DNA of 32,000 bases from Oligoflexus sp. (GTDB lineage Bacteria; Bdellovibrionota_B; Oligoflexia; Oligoflexales; Oligoflexaceae). The translations under genes were made by a program, and so were the position numbers. Shown in pieces: positions 24,633-32,000 of the stretch; the first letter of the stretch is position 1, and the number at the start of each line of letters is the position of its first letter. Under the pieces are notes generated by a model. That model ran no database searches. It saw only the letters and a list, made by a program, of their open reading frames with translations, and was not told the origin of the DNA. The stretch spans positions 13,777 to 45,776 of the forward strand of contig NZ_DASQYZ010000112.1 of NCBI RefSeq assembly GCF_035638955.1. The letters are read 5' to 3'.

Positions 24633-25147
24633 AGAACCTCCTTATGGGCATAGGCTTGAACACGTTGCAAAAGTCCCAGCAAAGCCACGTGACAACTCGC
24701 GGCACGAATCTCTTCACGCGATCCTGGGAGCTGAAGGGCCTGGACTGTGGTGCCATCAGGGGTGGACCAGCCAAAGCAGACGAGGCCCACCGGTTTCTCC
24801 GGGCTTCCGCCACCCGGTCCGGCCACGCCGGTAATCGAGCAGCTGAAATGCGACTGAAACAGTCGCTGGACGGCTGACGCCAGGCTGCTGGCCGTTTCCG
24901 TGGACACGGCTCCAAATCGCTTCAGCGTCTCGTCCGGGACGCCAAGGACCCGGGACTTGATGCTGTTCGCGTAGGCATTCACGCCACCCAGAAAAAATCC
25001 CGAACTGCCAGGCCTGTGCGTGAGCAAAGCCGACAGCAGCCCACCTGTACAACTTTCTGCAGTGGCCATGAGGAATTGATGAGACAGACAGATGTCCTGC
25101 AACTCGCGCAGGGGTTCTTCAAAAATCACATGATCGATGGCAAACAC
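24629..25147 (-). CDS. pncC: CinA C-terminal-domain protein / NMN amidohydrolase
   Basis: The motifs ATAESCTGGLLSALLT, GGVNAYANSIK, GAVSTETA, SITGVAGPGGGSPEKPVGLV closely parallel E. coli PncC. The stop overlaps the lolA start. Confidence 0.85.
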   Translation of the reverse strand: MFAIDHVIFEEPLRELQDICLSHQFLMATAESCTGGLLSALLTHRPGSSGFFLGGVNAYANSIKSRVLGVPDETLKRFGAVSTETASSLASAVQRLFQSHFSCSITGVAGPGGGSPEKPVGLVCFGWSTPDGTTVQALQLPGSREEIRAASCHVALLGLLQRVQAYAHKEVL

Positions 25148-25285
25148 TTATGTACTCTCTCTTTTAACTGGCCGGGACAGCCAGACACAGGTATATTCCC
25201 ACTTTATTCTATAAAAGACCGTAAAAAAGTGTAGCGGTAGGGTCACCGGGAAAATATGAAATTTTGACTTGGAGGTCACGCGGTC

Positions 25286-29006
<3,721 letters not shown>

Positions 29007-29093
29007 TTATACCCAATGGCGCAGAGCGGGGCAATGACCTTCCTCAGAGGAAGTCGTGGGAATTTAAAGCGGCAATGTGACGTGTTTTGGGGA

Positions 29094-29771
29094 TCAATTA
29101 ATTTGGATCACGAGTTCCATCGGCTTGCGATTTCGGATGTAGTTGAAGGTCGCGCTGGAGGCGGCCTTAAGCTGACTTAGCGCTTTGATGGCCAAAGCCG
29201 CATCATTGATGGGCTGCTCGTTGATATGCGTGATGATGTCACCGTTTTTCAGGCCGGCCACATCAAAGATACTGCCTTGATCGATTTCGAGAAGCTGAAA
29301 GCCCATCAGGCGACCGTTTTCCACGTGGGGCACAGCCGCGGCCTGCATCAGAATCTTGTTCAGATTTTCCCCGACCAGATTGTCCTTGAGACTGCGGGTT
29401 ACTTTAAGAGTATTGCCCTGGCGCTCGATGCCATCCGCCTGACCCAGGTTTTCAGCTACGTTGCTCTGGGGCGTGCCTTTGACTTCGGTAGGCGTCTCAT
29501 CGCCGACGCTGAGTTCGTAGAATTTGCTGTTATAGGAAAAGGTTACGGTTTTACGGAAGATTTTTTCAATCCGACAGCCGGCGGCAATATCCTGGCCTTC
29601 GCGGAAAGCGGCAACCCGACCGCTGGGCTTTTGTTTGATCAGGGCCACACCCTTTTGATTCTGGCTGCTGGCGATCACGCCGAGGACGTTATAATCAAAG
29701 GGGTTTCCCTGGGCAAGGGAGGCCCCGCATAGCAGTGATAGGAGGATCCAGAATCGGGCAAACATACTCAT
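29094..29771 (-). CDS. GspC-like protein (HR domain plus PDZ domain)
   Basis: A signal/anchor segment is present (MSMFARFWILLSLLCGASLA). The HR-like segment is VLGVIASSQNQKGVALIKQKPSGRVAAFREGQDI. The PDZ domain is GFQLLEIDQGSIFDVAGLKNGDIITHINEQPI. I chose the ATG at 29771. Confidence 0.7.
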   Translation of the reverse strand: MSMFARFWILLSLLCGASLAQGNPFDYNVLGVIASSQNQKGVALIKQKPSGRVAAFREGQDIAAGCRIEKIFRKTVTFSYNSKFYELSVGDETPTEVKGTPQSNVAENLGQADGIERQGNTLKVTRSLKDNLVGENLNKILMQAAAVPHVENGRLMGFQLLEIDQGSIFDVAGLKNGDIITHINEQPINDAALAIKALSQLKAASSATFNYIRNRKPMELVIQIN

Positions 29772-29982
29772 GACCACAACCTTTCCCATATCCGAACAAC
29801 AGGGGGAACCACACAGAAGACCGCTCTTCAAACCTATCGGAGCAAGGCTCGTGCCGATTCACTGGGCATGTGTTTTGAGGGCCATGTGTTTGAAAATGCA
29901 GGGGAAAGATTGAGGTAAGATTCTTCACTTACTGTCAGCAGAGGCGACACAGGTCGCCCTTTTCATGCTTCAGAACAAAGGG

Positions 29983-30007
29983 CAAGGGGGTGGGTCACAC
30001 CCCCTTG
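29983..30007 (-). terminator. Terminator hairpin after the distal flagellin gene
   Basis: CAAGGGGGTG pairs with CACCCCCTTG (10 bp, 5-nt loop). On the minus strand it is followed by CCCTTTGTTC. Confidence 0.6.
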
Positions 30008-30013
30008 GTTTCC

Positions 30014-30934
30014 TTAGCCGCGGAGCAACTGGAGCACGAGTTCAGGTGCTGAGTTGGCGTGAGCAAGAACGGAGGCACCAGCCTGTTCCAGAATCTTGTT
30101 CTGGGTGAAGCGGGCGGTTTCTGCCGCGAAATCCACATCACGGATCCGGCTGTTGGCAGCGTTCAAGTTTTCATTGGTCACATCGATGTTCGAGATCGCG
30201 GAGTTCAAGCGTGATTGAACGGAACCCAGCGAAGCGCGGTAACCGGCGACTTCGTTAATGGCCGTATCGATCACGTTGAAAAGCGCATCCGTTCCATCTG
30301 GACTCAGGTCAGCCGCGCCGCCTTCAGGATCATCAGGAACCACTTTCAAACCGCCGTTCACCACTTTGTCCAGAGCTTCGTTCAGAGCGCTCAGCTCTTC
30401 CAGGTTGATCGTCACAATATCCGGATCGTTTTCAGGGTCGATATCGGGGGCCGAACCATCGACATCAGCGCGGTTGGACGAACCGACGAAGATACGCATG
30501 GCGGTGTTGTCACTGGATTCCAGAACCTTGCGGCCGTTGAATTCCGTTGTTTTCATGATACGACCGACTTCGTCGCGAAGCTGCTGGAATTCACGGTCGA
30601 GGAATTCACGCTCGCGGTTACCGATGGTGTCCGATGCGGCCTGGGATCCCAGCTGACGCATACGGAGCATGACGTTGGTCATCTCATTCAGACCACCTTC
30701 GGCCACTTGAATGTAGCTGATACCATCGTTCGCGTTGCGTTTTGCAACATCCATGCTGGCGATACGGGAACGAATCCGCTCCGACACAGCAAGTCCGGCT
30801 GCATCATCGGCTGATTTGTTGATTCGGTGACCGGACGACAAGCGCTCGATAGACGACGCGACTTCGCGACGGCTATCCGAGAGCTTTTTCTGTGCGATCA
30901 AAGATTCCACATTGGTTTTTACACGAATACCCAT
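30014..30934 (-). CDS. fliC: Flagellin (short type)
   Basis: The N-terminus is the flagellin D0/D1 region MGIRVKTNVESLIAQ...RINKSADDAAGLAVSERIR...NANDGISYIQVAEGGLNE. The C-terminus is SRIRDVDFAAETARFTQNKILEQAGASVLAHAN...LLRG. The Shine-Dalgarno sequence is AAGGAGG. Confidence 0.95.
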   Translation of the reverse strand: MGIRVKTNVESLIAQKKLSDSRREVASSIERLSSGHRINKSADDAAGLAVSERIRSRIASMDVAKRNANDGISYIQVAEGGLNEMTNVMLRMRQLGSQAASDTIGNREREFLDREFQQLRDEVGRIMKTTEFNGRKVLESSDNTAMRIFVGSSNRADVDGSAPDIDPENDPDIVTINLEELSALNEALDKVVNGGLKVVPDDPEGGAADLSPDGTDALFNVIDTAINEVAGYRASLGSVQSRLNSAISNIDVTNENLNAANSRIRDVDFAAETARFTQNKILEQAGASVLAHANSAPELVLQLLRG

Positions 30935-30977
30935 AACGAAAACCTCCTTGTTGAAAAGCCTTTTAAAACCCTAAAAA

Positions 30978-31859
30978 TTAACGCAGCAGCTGCAGAGCCA
31001 TCTCTGGCTTGGCATTAGCCTGCGTAAGAACCGAGATTGAAGACGCCTGGAGAACTTTGGTTTGCGTGAGCTTCGAGGTCTCTTCCGCAAAATCCACGTC
31101 GCGGATGCGACTGTTGGCAGTGGTGAGATTCTCCGTTTGGATGCCGAGGTTGTTCACGGCTGTATCCAGACGGCTTTGAATGGAACCGAGCGTGGCGCGT
31201 TCGCCACTGAGGCGGGTGAGGGCATTGTCGATGACGTTGAGTTTGTCGGTGATATCTTCGCGGGACACAGGGTCACTGCCGTCGATTTCCATGGGTCCAA
31301 TTTCTGCACCCTTACCGAGGCCGAGCTGTTCTGAGTTGAATGTTTTCAACCCTTCAAGGCCGATCGAAATGGTATCGATGTTGGCCTCGGGCGCACTGGC
31401 ATTCACGCCTACCTGGATGATCAGACGATCTTTTTGGTTGGGATCAAAAAGTTTGAGGGAATTGAATTCCGTCGTGCTCGAGATCCGATCAATCTCATCC
31501 ACCAGCTGGGTATATTCGCGGTTCAGATAACCACGTTCGATATCCCCGATGGTGTCCGAGGCCGATTGCACGGTGAGTTCGCGCAGGCGGATCATGATGT
31601 TGCCGACTTCGTTCAGAGAGCCTTCTGCAATTTGCACCATCGACACGGCGTCAGATGCGTTGCGTTTGGCTTGATTGAGGCCGCGGACCTTGGCTCGTAA
31701 GCCTTCAGAAACCGCCAGTCCAGCCGCATCATCCGAAGATTTATTGATGCGAAAGCCGGACGCCAGTTTTTCAATACTGCGGTCCATTTCATTCGAATTG
31801 GTTTGAGCGTGGCGCTGAGCTATAAGTGAAGACACATTGGTGGCTATGCGCAGACCCAT
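30978..31859 (-). CDS. fliC: Flagellin (short type), a paralogue of the adjacent gene
   Basis: The N-terminus is MGLRIATNVSSLIAQ...RINKSSDDAAGLAVSEGLR. The C-terminus is SRIRDVDFAEETSKLTQTKVLQASSISVLTQAN...LLR. The ATG at 31859 is preceded by AAGGAGGA. Confidence 0.95.
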   Translation of the reverse strand: MGLRIATNVSSLIAQRHAQTNSNEMDRSIEKLASGFRINKSSDDAAGLAVSEGLRAKVRGLNQAKRNASDAVSMVQIAEGSLNEVGNIMIRLRELTVQSASDTIGDIERGYLNREYTQLVDEIDRISSTTEFNSLKLFDPNQKDRLIIQVGVNASAPEANIDTISIGLEGLKTFNSEQLGLGKGAEIGPMEIDGSDPVSREDITDKLNVIDNALTRLSGERATLGSIQSRLDTAVNNLGIQTENLTTANSRIRDVDFAEETSKLTQTKVLQASSISVLTQANAKPEMALQLLR

Positions 31860-31926
31860 ACTTTCCTCCTTGAAAAGTGCCAAGCCCGTACCTGGGCTGG
31901 GAGAAGCGTCGCAACTTGCAAAAGAA

Positions 31927-31955
31927 CCATCGGGAGTTTGGAATTTTCCTTAAAA
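31927..31955 (-). promoter_or_regulatory. Candidate sigma-28 (FliA)-type promoter upstream of the flagellin genes
   Basis: The minus strand reads TAAGG-N13-CCCGATGG. The consensus is TAAAG-N14-GCCGATAA. The candidate lies about 70 nt upstream of the ATG. Confidence 0.35.
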
Positions 31956-32000
31956 GCGGTCCTGACGTTTGCGGTTTCGGGGGGTTCGAGCCGAGGGGGT

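Noticed and set aside
30215-31700. Plus-strand ORFs across the flagellin genes (30215..30814, 30258..30656, 31062..31530 and others)
   Set aside because: They are antisense to two unmistakable flagellin genes.
31872-31890. TGGCAC on the minus strand upstream of the flagellin gene as a sigma-54 -24 element (also GGCAGG...TTACA at 22181..22198)
   Set aside because: No TTGC -12 element is present at the required spacing. The first candidate overlaps the ribosome-binding site, and the second has wrong spacing and a degenerate -12.

Overview
This window reads as a chromosomal segment from a Gram-negative, flagellated bacterium. The evidence is LolA, an OmpA-like protein, a GspC-like protein, a sigma-54 enhancer-binding protein and two short flagellins. 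GC content looks slightly above 50% by eye, and I cannot establish the lineage from the sequence alone. I call about 36 protein-coding genes and one stand-alone tRNA-Ile(GAU), plus several intrinsic terminators and a few promoter or operator candidates. I saw no rRNA, CRISPR array, transposase, integrase or phage genes. Most of the content is housekeeping: an Icm-type acyl-CoA mutase 3' end, parAB, mutM, purM, pyrB, lolA, pncC, fadD and tgt. The leads I consider most worth follow-up are listed below. (1) A single 677-aa ORF fuses a complete tRNA-guanine transglycosylase to an MnmC-type (former DUF752) SAM methyltransferase domain. (2) A same-strand cluster encodes an OmpA-like protein, a signal-peptide-bearing agmatine/peptidylarginine-deiminase-family protein and a SET-domain methyltransferase. 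An ankyrin gene lies 2 kb away. (3) An oxyR / OxyR-box / ankyrin / catalase module in which the ankyrin gene is split by a 1-nt frameshift at an A5 run. (4) An orphan ParA/ParB pair whose ParB carries a (GCN)n-encoded Ala/Pro-rich extension. Its terminator hairpin sequesters the mutM Shine-Dalgarno sequence. (5) A 490-bp ORF-poor region with a good promoter and repeated or palindromic motifs upstream of a small Fis-like gene. All functional calls rest on motif recognition by eye, and no database search was run.
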